From an uncultured Cytophagales bacterium (GTDB lineage Bacteria > Bacteroidota > Bacteroidia > Cytophagales > Amoebophilaceae): a stretch of DNA of 60,352 bases. Position 1 is the first letter of the stretch. Every line of letters begins with the position of its first letter. The notes under the pieces were generated by a model. That model did no database searches. It saw only the letters and a program-made list of their open reading frames with translations, and was not told where the DNA came from. The DNA is taken from contig CAYVYH010000001.1 of the NCBI GenBank assembly GCA_964455155.1, positions 1 to 60,352 of the forward strand. The letters are read 5' to 3'. Made by a program: the position numbers and the translations under genes. Positions 48,943 through 60,352 of the stretch are shown here, in pieces.

Positions 48943-49995
48943 TTAAGCACTTCTACCCAATCTAGATTTACTAAGCTGTACTTCTATGGGCAATTCCTTT
49001 CGCAGCAATAGGTACTCAACAAAACGTTCTGCTAAGTACGGGGCTAGTGAAACACCCTTGGTCCCTAGACCATTAAAGATACCCAATTGTGGGTAACAAG
49101 GGCTCAAACCTATGAAAGGTCTCCGGTCAAAAGTGGCTGGACGAATACCTGCTCGTTGCTCGCATATTGTGTAGGCAAGCTTGAATGTGCTGCTTAGGTT
49201 CCTTTCCAATAGTTGTCTTGCTTTTTCTGTGGGTGTTGGTGATAAATCTTGTCGGTCATAAGTAGCCCCTACAAGAGCTCGATTTTCTGCTTGTGGTAAC
49301 ACAAAAACGCGTCTATTGTAAATAATCTCGAGGGGTGTCTGTAGTGCTACTAATAGCAATTCGCCTTTCACCAAACAAAAAGGTAGCGAGCCAAAGAAAG
49401 GATTGTCCTTCACATGTGGACCTTCACAAAAGATAACCTGACGGGCCTCTATATTTTGATAGCCTACGTGATTACCAAGGTGTATATGGTCATAAACAAA
49501 GTCAGCCTCTATGTATGCATTTTGTGCCTCCAGATGAGTCCGTGTAGCTTTTAAAAAGCTTTTCACATCTAAATAGCCAGACTGCTTCAGGATTATGCCA
49601 CCGTATGGGTACACCATGTTCTCTTGATGGTAGGCTGATCCCACTACTTTTTCTACAAAAGCAGCACAACTTCCTGCTACAGCTCTTTCCATCCATTTGG
49701 AGCGCTCTTGCACTGTTAAGAACGGACGAAAAATAGGCATGGGGTACAGAAATGGTACCCTTAACGTTTGTGATATTTCCTGGTAAAAACTAGTACAGTA
49801 TGAGAAGAGTGTGTCTGCAAGCCAAGTTTTCACCATGGCCCTCCCCGTAATGGGGTTGTATATGCCCGCAGCAACGTTGGAAGCGTTATTGATTTTCTTA
49901 TTATTGATGACAAGTACACGCTTGCCACGCTTCAGCAACTGCAAGGCGAGTACTGAGCCAGCAATTCCCTGCCCCACGATGAGAAAGTCAACCAT
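48943..49995 (-). CDS. FAD-dependent oxidoreductase (DAO family)
   Basis: Dinucleotide-binding motif FLIVGQGIAGSVLA directly after ATG 49995. The track start at 50058 adds 21 unsupported codons. Confidence 0.8.
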   Translation of the reverse strand: MVDFLIVGQGIAGSVLALQLLKRGKRVLVINNKKINNASNVAAGIYNPITGRAMVKTWLADTLFSYCTSFYQEISQTLRVPFLYPMPIFRPFLTVQERSKWMERAVAGSCAAFVEKVVGSAYHQENMVYPYGGIILKQSGYLDVKSFLKATRTHLEAQNAYIEADFVYDHIHLGNHVGYQNIEARQVIFCEGPHVKDNPFFGSLPFCLVKGELLLVALQTPLEIIYNRRVFVLPQAENRALVGATYDRQDLSPTPTEKARQLLERNLSSTFKLAYTICEQRAGIRPATFDRRPFIGLSPCYPQLGIFNGLGTKGVSLAPYLAERFVEYLLLRKELPIEVQLSKSRLGRSA

Positions 49996-50217
49996 GCTAC
50001 ACGCTTCAAGTACTACCAATAACGAGTAAGTATAAAAATTAAACCTCCTGCAAAGCAATTAGATAGCCTGCTGAGGCTAGGCGTCAAGACACTGACTCTT
50101 GGCAGAAAATAGAAGCTGCGGTGCCGTGAAACTGAATGTGTTCCTCCGATTAGGACCACTATGGCAGCCGGGCGATGCGGACATTAGTCACCGGTCGCCT
50201 TATTTGAGAAGATGAAG

Positions 50218-50289
50218 TAGCCCGTAGGGGAATCGAACCCCTGTTTCCAGGATGAAAACCTGATGTCCTAACCCCTAGACGAACGGGCC
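50218..50289 (-). tRNA. tRNA-Glu (anticodon UUC), CCA not encoded
   Basis: The reverse complement folds as a cloverleaf: GGCCCGT TC GTCT AGGGGTTA GGAC A TCAGG TT-TTC-AT CCTGG AAAC AGGGG TTCGATT CCCCT ACGGGCT A. Stem lengths are 7/4/5/5 bp, with a canonical T-loop and a G1:U72 pair. Confidence 0.9.
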
Positions 50290-50538
50290 GAGATAGATCT
50301 CCGCGAATATAGCCACTACATACTCTTTTTCAAAAAAGGTACGTACATTTGGCGCTTGCGTAAGGTAGCGCATTGCAACGGTCAGTGATTGTGCATGGGA
50401 AGTAGGCTTGTGCGAGTTTGCATCTGTGCTCTTTCTCCAGGCTCAAGATGAGCTGGCTATCAAGGCGTTCCGTTTATGGCTATGAGTATGGGACTAATCG
50501 CAGTAGCTTTATAATACGATGACGTTAATTTTTCATCG

Positions 50539-51534
50539 ATGAAGAAACCACAAATAGCCATCAATGGGTTTGGAAGAGTAGGTCGTATGAGTTTGAGGGC
50601 TTTGCTACGGCAAGACCACGTGACAGTAGTGGCCATTAACGACTTGGCAGATGCCGCTACCCTGGCGCACTTGTTTAAATATGATTCTAACCATGGGCTG
50701 TTTTCAGGCGAGGTCACCCACCTAGGAAATCACCTGGTGGTAGCAGGACAAAAAATTCAAGTGTACGCCGAGTCCGATCCTGCACAGCTACCCTGGAAAT
50801 CCTTAGGTATCGACATAGTACTAGAGGCAACGGGTAGATTCACAGATCAAGAAGGAGCCAGTAAGCACCTAGCAGCAGGTGCAAGGCGCGTTGTCATCTC
50901 TGCTCCTACCCAAGAACATATTCCTACAGTAGTATTAGGCGTCAATGACCACATCCTGCAAAATAATAACCCCATCATTTCTAATGCTTCTTGCACTACC
51001 AATTGCTTGGCCCCTATGGCTAAGGTGCTAGATGAGACCTTTGGTATTGAAAAAGGTTTCATCAATACTATTCATGCCTACACATCCGATCAACGGCTTC
51101 AAGATGCGCCTCATAAAGACTTACGCAGAGCTAGAGCAGCCACTCAGTCTATTATTCCTACTGCAACCGGTGCAGCCAAAGCAATAGGGCTGGTGTTGCC
51201 AAGGCTGCACGGCAAGCTCGATGGCATGGCCACTCGTGTGCCTGTAGCCAATGGGTCGATGACCGATTTTACCGTCGTACTCAAGCATCACGCCACCGAA
51301 TTAGCGATCAATCAGGCTATGTTAGCAGCTGCACAGGGCACCCTCAAGGGTATTTTATCCTATACAGAAGACCCTATCGTATCAGTAGATGTGATTGGTG
51401 ATCCACATTCTTGCGTTTTCGATGCACTGCTCACCGCTGTCCAAGGGAATTTAGTGAAAGTGGTTGGCTGGTACGATAATGAAGGAGGCTATGCACATCG
51501 TATTGCTGATTTAATTAGCCGGATAAGCCGCTAG
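50539..51534 (+). CDS. gap: type I glyceraldehyde-3-phosphate dehydrogenase
   Basis: INGFGRVGR, the active site SNASCTTNCLAP, and WYDNEGGY. Confidence 0.96.
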   Translation: MKKPQIAINGFGRVGRMSLRALLRQDHVTVVAINDLADAATLAHLFKYDSNHGLFSGEVTHLGNHLVVAGQKIQVYAESDPAQLPWKSLGIDIVLEATGRFTDQEGASKHLAAGARRVVISAPTQEHIPTVVLGVNDHILQNNNPIISNASCTTNCLAPMAKVLDETFGIEKGFINTIHAYTSDQRLQDAPHKDLRRARAATQSIIPTATGAAKAIGLVLPRLHGKLDGMATRVPVANGSMTDFTVVLKHHATELAINQAMLAAAQGTLKGILSYTEDPIVSVDVIGDPHSCVFDALLTAVQGNLVKVVGWYDNEGGYAHRIADLISRISR

Positions 51535-51558
51535 TTTACTAACTCCCGTTGTACCTTC

Positions 51559-53675
51559 TCAAAAAAGTCGTGCCTTCATTACCTCATCCAAGGTGACCTT
51601 AAAAAAAGCTGTATGGATGTTAAAAGGCGCCTCACTGCTTGACGTTACCCTTTTATAAGTTCCGTCTTCCTGCATCATGTAGCTGTTGACATTATCTCTC
51701 AGGTTATAGGCCAAAATGTTGATTACCTGTTGTTTAAGCATAGGGTGCTTAACGATGAACAGAGATTCAATACGTTGGTCAAAGCTTCTGACCATGATAT
51801 CGGCACTGCCAACATACACCCTGGCACTGCCTTGATTGTGAAAGTAGAAGATGCGAGCATGTTCTAAAAAATTACCTACAATGGAACGCACGGTGATGTT
51901 GGTGCTCAACCCAGGCTTCTGGGGTATGAGGCAGCAGATACCCCTTACAATAAGTCGAATAGGTACACCAGCTTGGGAAGCCTTATACAACTCTTCTGTG
52001 GTGATCTCATCTTCCAGTGCGTTCACCTTGATAACAATGCCACAGGGCAACCCTTGCTGTGCATGCTGGGCTTCTTGACGAATCATAGCAGTGAGTTGCT
52101 TACGAATATTGCAAGGCGCTGTGATAAGATTTTCATAGGTTGTGGGGGTTACATGGCCGGTGATCACATGAAAGAATGCTGATACATCATTGGCATAAAC
52201 CTCATCTGTGGTCATTAGACTGATGTCGGCATATGCTCGTGCCGTTTCTTCATTATAGTTACCACTAGATAAGTGTACATAGCGGACCATGCGCCCCTCT
52301 TCTTTGCGCATGATCATCATCATTTTGGCATGGGTTTTGACGCCGCTTATACCATACATCACAGAACAACCTGCTTTTTCCAGCTTCTTAGCCTCTTGTA
52401 TATTATGCTCTTCATCAAAGCGAGCTTTTATTTCAATGAGCACAGAGACGTGCTTACCACGCTCCGCAGCCTTGAGCAGAGCCGCGGTGACAGCTGAGGC
52501 GGGAGCCAAGCGGTAAATAGTCATTTTGATGGCTAATACGTACGGGTCTTCAGCAGATTTTTCCAAAAAATTGATTACTATATCAATGCTATTGTAAGGG
52601 TGATGAAGCAGGACGTCTTGTTGTTTCAAGATTTCAAAAAGTTCGTCACTGCGTTGGGTAGGGTACACGATTGGAGGTACCGGACGTTGATTGTGAGCAC
52701 CACTGTGCCGTACAATCTGCTGAAGTCCTGTAAGATCTATGAGACTTTTCGGAGGTACTTGAAATACGTTGCTTTTGTCAATATTCCACAGGTGCTTCAG
52801 CTGATCTACCAGCCACGGATCGTGGTGCGCTTCTAACTCTAATTTGACTACTCTTCCCTTATTTCTTCCCTTAAGCTTCTTCTTAAGTTCCTCTACAAAC
52901 GAGGCCTCTATATCATCGCTCTCTTCAATAGAAAAATCCCCGTTACGAATTACCCTAAAAAGGGTGATAGAGAGCACAGCTGTGTTGCTGAAGAGCATAG
53001 GCATGTGCTCTCGTATAATTCTCTCAACAGGTATAAAAGCGACATGGCTACCGCGTCTAAGTCTATAGAAACGCGGCAAACTCTGAGGAATCTGAATAAA
53101 AAAAATTCTTCTAGTATCCTTTTTTGAGGCAGGGCTATGCGTGACGACACCGAATACCAAGAGCCTGTTTGCCAAGGCTGGAAAAGCGTGGCGGTTGTCA
53201 AATGTAACAGGTGTGAGTATTGGCAAGATATGCTCTTGGAAATAGCCTTTAAGCTGATGCTGCTCCCGCCGGTTGAGGGTAGTGATGTCTTGTACGAAGA
53301 CAAAGTGATTTGCTTCGCATAAGGCGTCAACTTCTTGAAGAAAATGTTCGTGCTGTCTATGAAAGAAATGTTTAGCCTTTTTGAGCAGTTTTTCTCGGAA
53401 GGGCACTATGTGCCAACCCATCTTATTAGACCATTTCCGGTTGTAGTCGATGTAGCTGTATAACCTACCTACCCTGATCATGAAAAATTCATCCAGGTTG
53501 GCCGCACTGACGTGCAGGAATTTCATCCGTTCAAAGATGGTTTTATCTGATCTCCCTGCCTGATCTAGAACGCGTTCATGGAACCGTAGCCAGCTCAGAT
53601 CTCTGTTGAGATAGTGCTCTGGTATTTTCGATGTTGCTGGTGCTTGTTGTACGTTGTCACTACCTATAATAACCA

Positions 53676-53676
<1 letters not shown>
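51559..53676 (-). CDS. ppk1: polyphosphate kinase 1
   Basis: N-terminal YLNRDLSWLRFHERVL, then FMIRV. Two PLD-like C-domains (GVKTHAKMMMI; FLEHARIFYF). 705 aa. Confidence 0.95.
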
Positions 53677-55646
<1,970 letters not shown>

Positions 55647-55857
55647 TCAGAGACACAAAATACGTAATTTCCTCCGATCTTTTGCCGCTCAGATAGGGAT
55701 AACGCCTGGCATGAATGCTAATTTTTTGAAGCCATTGCCAAAACGCTTTAATGGGTAGACCACAAAAGGCACATACTATACTGTGGGCTATAACACCTAT
55801 CCAGTCAAGGGATGGCGCGCAGTAGAGCAACCAATAAAGTGATCTTTGGAAGTGTCC

Positions 55858-57399
55858 CTAGGGGGTTAGGATACCAGCACCGTTAACTTTGCTGGATTGT
55901 GTAATCGTGTCAAAACTATCGTGGCGGGCATCAGATGAGCTGGAGAGCTCGTAATCAGAAAATTTGGTATACTTACCGACGAACTTAAGTGCTACACTAT
56001 CTAGTGATCCATTGCGGTGTTTAGCTACAATGACCTCGGCCATCCCTTGCGTGGGACGCCCTTCCTCGTCTTCGGTGATACCATAGTATTCAGGGCGATA
56101 CAAGAACAACACCATGTCTGCATCTTGCTCGATGGAGCCAGACTCCCTGAGGTCTGATAATTGCGGCCTTTTATTACCTCCTCGTGTTTCTACGGCACGG
56201 CTCAACTGAGATCCAACAATGACCGGCACATTCAGCTCCTTGGCGATACTCTTGAGCGAACGAGAGATAGACGCAATTTCTTGCTCTCGGTTACCTGCTC
56301 CTCTGATAGACTCGCCTGACATAAGCTGTAGGTAGTCAACAGCGATAAGTTGGATGTCATGTTTGGCTTTTAGTCTCCTGCATTTAGCACGCAACTCGAA
56401 GATAGACAAGGCTGGCGTATCGTCAATATAAATGGGCGCTTGAGAAAGCTGTGAGGTTCTGTAATTCAACTGCTCCCACTCGTGGTCCGCCAGATTGCCC
56501 TTCTTGATTTTTTCACCTTCTAACGCTGCTTCTGCCGAGATAAGTCTATTAACAAGCTGTAAGGAAGCCATTTCCAAAGAAAAGATAGCAACGGGGTGGC
56601 CATGCTCCACAGCCGCGTTCCGCAAAGCAGAAAGTAAAAAAGCTGTTTTACCCATTCCTGGCCTAGCAGCCACAATGACCAGCTCGGCTTTTTGCCAGCC
56701 CGATGTGATTCTGTCAAGCCCTGTAAAACCACTTGGCACACCGGTCAAACCAGATTTGTGCTGCCTCTTTATGTCTAAGTCTTTGAATGCTTCTCCTAGC
56801 AGAGAACGCATGTTGCTGTAGTTTTTACGAATATTGGAATCTGTAACCTCAAATAAAGCCCGCTCTGCCTGGTCTAAAAGCTCGAAGATGTCCTGCGTAT
56901 CCTTGTAAGCGTTTCGCTGCATCTCTGTGGCAATAGCAATCAACTCTCGCTTGATGGCATATTCTAGGATTGCTCGGGCATGAAATTCGATATTGGACGC
57001 AGAGCTAACGCGGGTAGTAAGCGATGTGACGTAGTAGGACCCTCCCACAAATGTTAACTTGTCGTTTTTGCGTAGTTGGTTAACCACTGTGCGTAAGTCA
57101 ATAGGTGCTGCATCGTTGAATAACTGAATAATTGCTTTATAAATCTCTTGGTGCGTTTCCTTGTAAAAGCTATCTGGTTTGAGAATGTCAATGACTGTAG
57201 TGAGCGCATCCTTCTCTAGCATAAGCGCGCCCAGTACGCTCTCTTCAATGTCCAGCGCTTGCGGTGGGAGTTTAGCCAGCTTATCTACTGCCTGGAGGGT
57301 ACGAGAATCCTGGGAGAAGGGGGTACTGCTCTGATTTGATAGTGAGTGTCTCGGTTTCATACTCGCAAATGTATGTTTTATCGAGAGACCACTTTCCAC
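55858..57399 (-). CDS. dnaB: replicative DNA helicase
   Basis: PPQALDIEESVLGALML, Walker A AARPGMGKTAF, VDYLQLM and SQLSRAVE. The track start is GTG 57399; ATG 57360 (MKPRHS...) is an equally plausible start. Confidence 0.95.
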   Translation of the reverse strand: MESGLSIKHTFASMKPRHSLSNQSSTPFSQDSRTLQAVDKLAKLPPQALDIEESVLGALMLEKDALTTVIDILKPDSFYKETHQEIYKAIIQLFNDAAPIDLRTVVNQLRKNDKLTFVGGSYYVTSLTTRVSSASNIEFHARAILEYAIKRELIAIATEMQRNAYKDTQDIFELLDQAERALFEVTDSNIRKNYSNMRSLLGEAFKDLDIKRQHKSGLTGVPSGFTGLDRITSGWQKAELVIVAARPGMGKTAFLLSALRNAAVEHGHPVAIFSLEMASLQLVNRLISAEAALEGEKIKKGNLADHEWEQLNYRTSQLSQAPIYIDDTPALSIFELRAKCRRLKAKHDIQLIAVDYLQLMSGESIRGAGNREQEIASISRSLKSIAKELNVPVIVGSQLSRAVETRGGNKRPQLSDLRESGSIEQDADMVLFLYRPEYYGITEDEEGRPTQGMAEVIVAKHRNGSLDSVALKFVGKYTKFSDYELSSSSDARHDSFDTITQSSKVNGAGILTP

Positions 57400-57543
57400 A
57401 TCTTATGCACAACCACCAGATTTCTCAAATCCTTAAAAAGCTGCTAGATTTGGTCTGTGGCTAAATTTTTTTCAGTTCATAACCTACGCGTAATGGTCAG
57501 TGTATGCCATATGTTGTATGTATAGACCATAAAAACAGCTATC

Positions 57544-58449
57544 ATGAGAGTACACTTTATTGGTGTGGGCGAGCGCATAATGGGCGACCTTGCGGCTGTT
57601 TTGTGTCAACAGGGGCATCAGGTGACAGGGAGCGATGTGTCTTTCAGCAAGCACGCCTTACATAGTATCGGAAGTATGGCTTCGGTACCTGAAAAACTAG
57701 GCTGGTTCCCGCAGCATATCACAGCATCTTTGGATAAGGTTATCGTAGGCAGACAAGTACAGCTAGCTAATCCAGAGCTGCAAGCAGCGCAGCGGTTAGA
57801 TATACCTATTTGTTCTTACCCTGAGTATATCTATGATTACGCACAGGACAAACAGCGTATTGTAATTGTGGGAGGTGAAGAAAGAGTCCTTACCTGTGTT
57901 TTGGTACTGCACGTTTTGACATGTCTCCACAAAGCGTTTGATTATGTCATTGATGCTCCTACGCTAGAAGTCGGTGTACGGCTAAGCGATGCACCCATCA
58001 TCATTTTAGCGGGAGATATGGCCCCTTCCTCGCCCATCGACTCGCAATCGCAGAGCGTATCCTACCAACACAACATGGCTCTGATCAGTGGCATTGGCTG
58101 GAAATACAACAATGAGTACCCTACGCTGGAGGCGTATTTGCAACAACTGACAAGGCTAGCAGATGCCTCTCCCAAAGGGGGCACGCTCATCTATTACGCA
58201 GAAGATAGCCATGTCAAGACTATTGGTAGCCAATCCAGAACAGACGTGAAAGGTGTGCCTTATATGGCCCCCAATTATCGATATGCCGATGGGAAGGTAT
58301 ACCTGGTTACACCGCAAGGAGACATGCCTTTCCAGTATACTGATATAACCTCTATGAGTGCTATAGCAGGTGCACAGCAAGTTGTAAACAACCTAGCCAT
58401 TACTGACAAACAGTTTTATGAGGCGTTAGCTACTTTTCTAGTGGGCTGA
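57544..58449 (+). CDS. Mur-ligase-like protein (Mpl/MurC N-terminal and central domains only, catalytic motifs degenerate)
   Basis: MRVHFIGVGERIMGDLAAVLCQQGHQVTGSD parallels the Mpl/MurC N-terminus. The expected P-loop G-x-x-GKT(T/S) is replaced by GGEERVLT. At 301 aa the protein ends where the Mur C-terminal domain would begin. Confidence 0.7.
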   Translation: MRVHFIGVGERIMGDLAAVLCQQGHQVTGSDVSFSKHALHSIGSMASVPEKLGWFPQHITASLDKVIVGRQVQLANPELQAAQRLDIPICSYPEYIYDYAQDKQRIVIVGGEERVLTCVLVLHVLTCLHKAFDYVIDAPTLEVGVRLSDAPIIILAGDMAPSSPIDSQSQSVSYQHNMALISGIGWKYNNEYPTLEAYLQQLTRLADASPKGGTLIYYAEDSHVKTIGSQSRTDVKGVPYMAPNYRYADGKVYLVTPQGDMPFQYTDITSMSAIAGAQQVVNNLAITDKQFYEALATFLVG

Positions 58450-58517
58450 GTCAAGGACCAAGAAACGCTAAATAAACCTTAGGGCTGCTTATTTATTCTC
58501 ACTTAATCCACTTTGTA

Positions 58518-59318
58518 GTGCGACTGAATCTAAGAAATCCGTTGGCTTTTTTCGACTTAGAAGCCACAGGTACTAATATTACTCATGATCGTATCGTCGA
58601 GATTGCAGTCATCAAAATTATGCCCAGTGGCGAGCGGCTTACTTTTGAAAAAAGAGTCAATCCGGAAAAGGCTATTCCACCGGAGGCAAGCTTTATTCAC
58701 GGCATATATGACACCGATGTAAAGGATGCACCTAGCTTTAAGATGATTGCTAAAGAGTTGGTCAAATTCTTACAAGGCTGTGATCTGGCAGGTTTTAATG
58801 TGTTGCGTTTTGATATCCCCATGCTCATAGAAAGCTTTTTGCGGGTAGGCATAGATTTTAAGATCGAAAACCGAAAAGTAGTAGATGCCCAAAGGATTTT
58901 CCATCTAATGGAGAAGCGCAACTTAACAGCTGCCTACCAATTTTACTGCGGCAAAAAGATTGTCAGAGCACACAGTGCTATGCATGATACAGAGACCACC
59001 TTGGATGTGTTAGAAGCACAAATAGTGCGCTATGCCAACCAACCTGTTACAGACAATGAAGGCAAAATATTAGGGACGATCACAAACGATGTAACTAACC
59101 TCCATGCCTTAACCGCTGCTCCTTTGCTAGATTTTGCGGCCAGAATGGTGTATGACGCACAAGGCACGGCAGTGTTTAATTTTGGCAAACATAAAGGGAA
59201 GCCTGTAGCACAAATTTTGCAGCAAGAGCCTGCATATTATGACTGGATCATGAAAAGCGACTTTCCACTCGATACCAAACGGAAACTCACCCAGATTAAA
59301 CTAAAGGAAAAAAAGTAG
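58518..59318 (+). CDS. DEDDh 3'-5' exonuclease (DnaQ/epsilon-like) with C-terminal extension
   Basis: ExoI FFDLEATG, ExoII GFNVLRFDIPML and ExoIII HSAMHDTETT. GTG start. Confidence 0.85.
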   Translation: MRLNLRNPLAFFDLEATGTNITHDRIVEIAVIKIMPSGERLTFEKRVNPEKAIPPEASFIHGIYDTDVKDAPSFKMIAKELVKFLQGCDLAGFNVLRFDIPMLIESFLRVGIDFKIENRKVVDAQRIFHLMEKRNLTAAYQFYCGKKIVRAHSAMHDTETTLDVLEAQIVRYANQPVTDNEGKILGTITNDVTNLHALTAAPLLDFAARMVYDAQGTAVFNFGKHKGKPVAQILQQEPAYYDWIMKSDFPLDTKRKLTQIKLKEKK

Positions 59319-59502
59319 AATGTACTTTCCGGTGTTGATTGTGGCCAAGGAGATAAGGAGGATTATCTAGTCGAGTCTTAAAAAGGGGTAATTTCTTCGA
59401 GTACTAGCTTACTATGCATATTTTGATGAAAAAAGAGGTAGTAAAAAACGCAAGGAACCGTTAGATTGAGTGCAAAACCTTGCAAAAAATTGGTCTGTCG
59501 TG

Positions 59503-59993
59503 TTGGGAAAATCTCCTGATCAATCACAAACCGATCTGTTTAAAACTGACTTTCCAATCAGTTAAATCCTAAGCACCCGCTCTACCTGTTAGCGCAAGCC
59601 ATCCCCTGGAAAAAGCTAGAAGAAGCCTTTGCTCCGCTCTATGCGCGTGTAGGCCTGCCAAGTCATCTAGTGATCTAGTCCATTGTAGACACCGCCTCGG
59701 AGAAGAGGGCATAGCCAAGCTGTTTTCCCTCTCTATAGCCCTACATGCCGACAAGGTGAACAGGGCTCAGGAAGTCATGGTGGACACCACCGTACAAGAG
59801 AAAACATCACCTTCCCTACTGATGCGAAGCTATACAAGAAGGTCGTTAAGACGTGTAATGCCCTGGCTAAACGTTGTGGAATCAAATTCGGCAAGGCTAT
59901 CGGTTTGTTGTACAACGCCTCGCGTATGCCCAACGTTATGCCCACCTCCCTAGTGTTACACGTGGCTTACGAATTGGACACAATTTATGCTGA
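59503..59993 (+). pseudogene. IS5-family transposase relic (DUF772-type N-terminus plus start of the DDE domain, multiply frameshifted and truncated)
   Basis: Three frames carry consecutive pieces. First, LGKSPDQSQTDLF. Second, LNPKHPLYLLAQAIPWKKLEEAFAPLYARVGLPSH. Third, VMVDTTVQEK(N)ITFPTDAKLYKKVVKTCNALAKRCGIKFGK, which needs one extra A in the run gagaaaac. A later piece reads ...QRYAH. In-frame stops, an internal deletion and no distal DDE residues. Confidence 0.7.
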
Positions 59994-60352
59994 AATCTGT
60001 ACACTGTATCGTACCCATCTTCCAACAAGAATCTGGCTACTGGCGTTAATTTTCCTTGATGCATCACAGTAGGATAACTCCTCTCTAGGCCAGCTGAGTA
60101 CATTTTCATAAGCGTTATGATTTCCTCGCTATCGCTTTCTATAAGCTCTTGTTTTTCCATTATGGCTGAGAAGGCATACAACAGGTTCATCAATACAAAG
60201 AGCGCATGATACACACCTTCCATAGGTCTTTCATCTTGTCTCAGCGGAGAAGGGTATAATTCTTTTGGATCATTCAATACAAGTAATTCTTCTTGGTTAA
60301 TTAAAAAGAGATACGCATGTGCAGCTTCGTGTATATACTTGTCTAACAGAAA
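59936..60352 (-). CDS. HExxH-motif domain protein (putative peptide-modification / aKG-HExxH-type beta-hydroxylase family), 5' end outside the window, 3' end possibly IS-derived
   Basis: The minus-strand frame is open from the window edge: FLLDKYIHEAAHAYLFLINQEELLVLNDPKELYPSPLRQDERPMEGVYHALFV... This is HExxH followed ~20 residues later by Y-x-S/P-x-R-x-D-x-R-P-x-x-G, the hallmark spacing of that family. The track ORF (start 60277) is only the TTG-started tail. The last ~18 codons overlap the IS5 relic. Confidence 0.55.
   Translation of the reverse strand, partial: FLLDKYIHEAAHAYLFLINQEELLVLNDPKELYPSPLRQDERPMEGVYHALFVLMNLLYAFSAIMEKQELIESDSEEIITLMKMYSAGLERSYPTVMHQGKLTPVARFLLEDGYDTVYRFQHKLCPIRKPRVTLGRWA

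Overview
This is a 60.3-kb chromosomal segment, most consistent with a Bacteroidota genome (Cytophagia/Sphingobacteriia-like). The pointers are a 'putative porin' type outer-membrane protein, a cysteine-poor DksA/TraR, TAnnTTTG-type -7 boxes, rplM-rpsI-rpsB-tsf synteny and a long S2 tail. I support about 50 protein-coding genes, one tRNA-Glu(UUC) and one decayed IS5-family transposase. I saw no rRNA, CRISPR array, prophage or recognisable defence island.

Content is overwhelmingly housekeeping:
- Replication and topology: gyrA, gyrB, topA, dnaB, dnaX, a DnaQ-like exonuclease.
- Translation and RNA modification: rplM, rpsI, rpsB, tsf, truB, an RluB-like synthase, trmB, trhO.
- Central metabolism: pckA, gap, ppk1, dapD, ribF.
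- Envelope: ftsX, porin, pssA, a plsC-like gene, and a P60/O-methyltransferase/MltD operon.
- Transport: a MacB-type tripartite ABC exporter and a DtxR-regulated metal ABC importer.

I did not find a convincing multi-gene novel system inside the window. The best leads are:
1. A type-II-anchored, FUT8/NodZ/O-FucT-like glycosyltransferase attached to the truB-ribF operon next to an orphan gene tail (left edge).
2. An HExxH-motif (peptide beta-hydroxylase family) gene cut by the window edge and abutted by an IS5 relic. It may mark a peptide-modification cluster just outside the window (right edge).
3. A metal ABC permease fused to a second DtxR-like module.
4. An A7 slippery run in dnaX with an immediate -1 stop at the gamma/tau position.
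5. A catalytically degenerate Mpl/MurC-like protein.
6. Several long gene-free stretches (0.4-1.3 kb) containing long perfect palindromes. With the IS relic and degenerate enzyme motifs, these suggest ongoing gene decay.

All functional calls come from motif recognition by eye on the supplied translations. Start codons were chosen by eye, and no database search was run.
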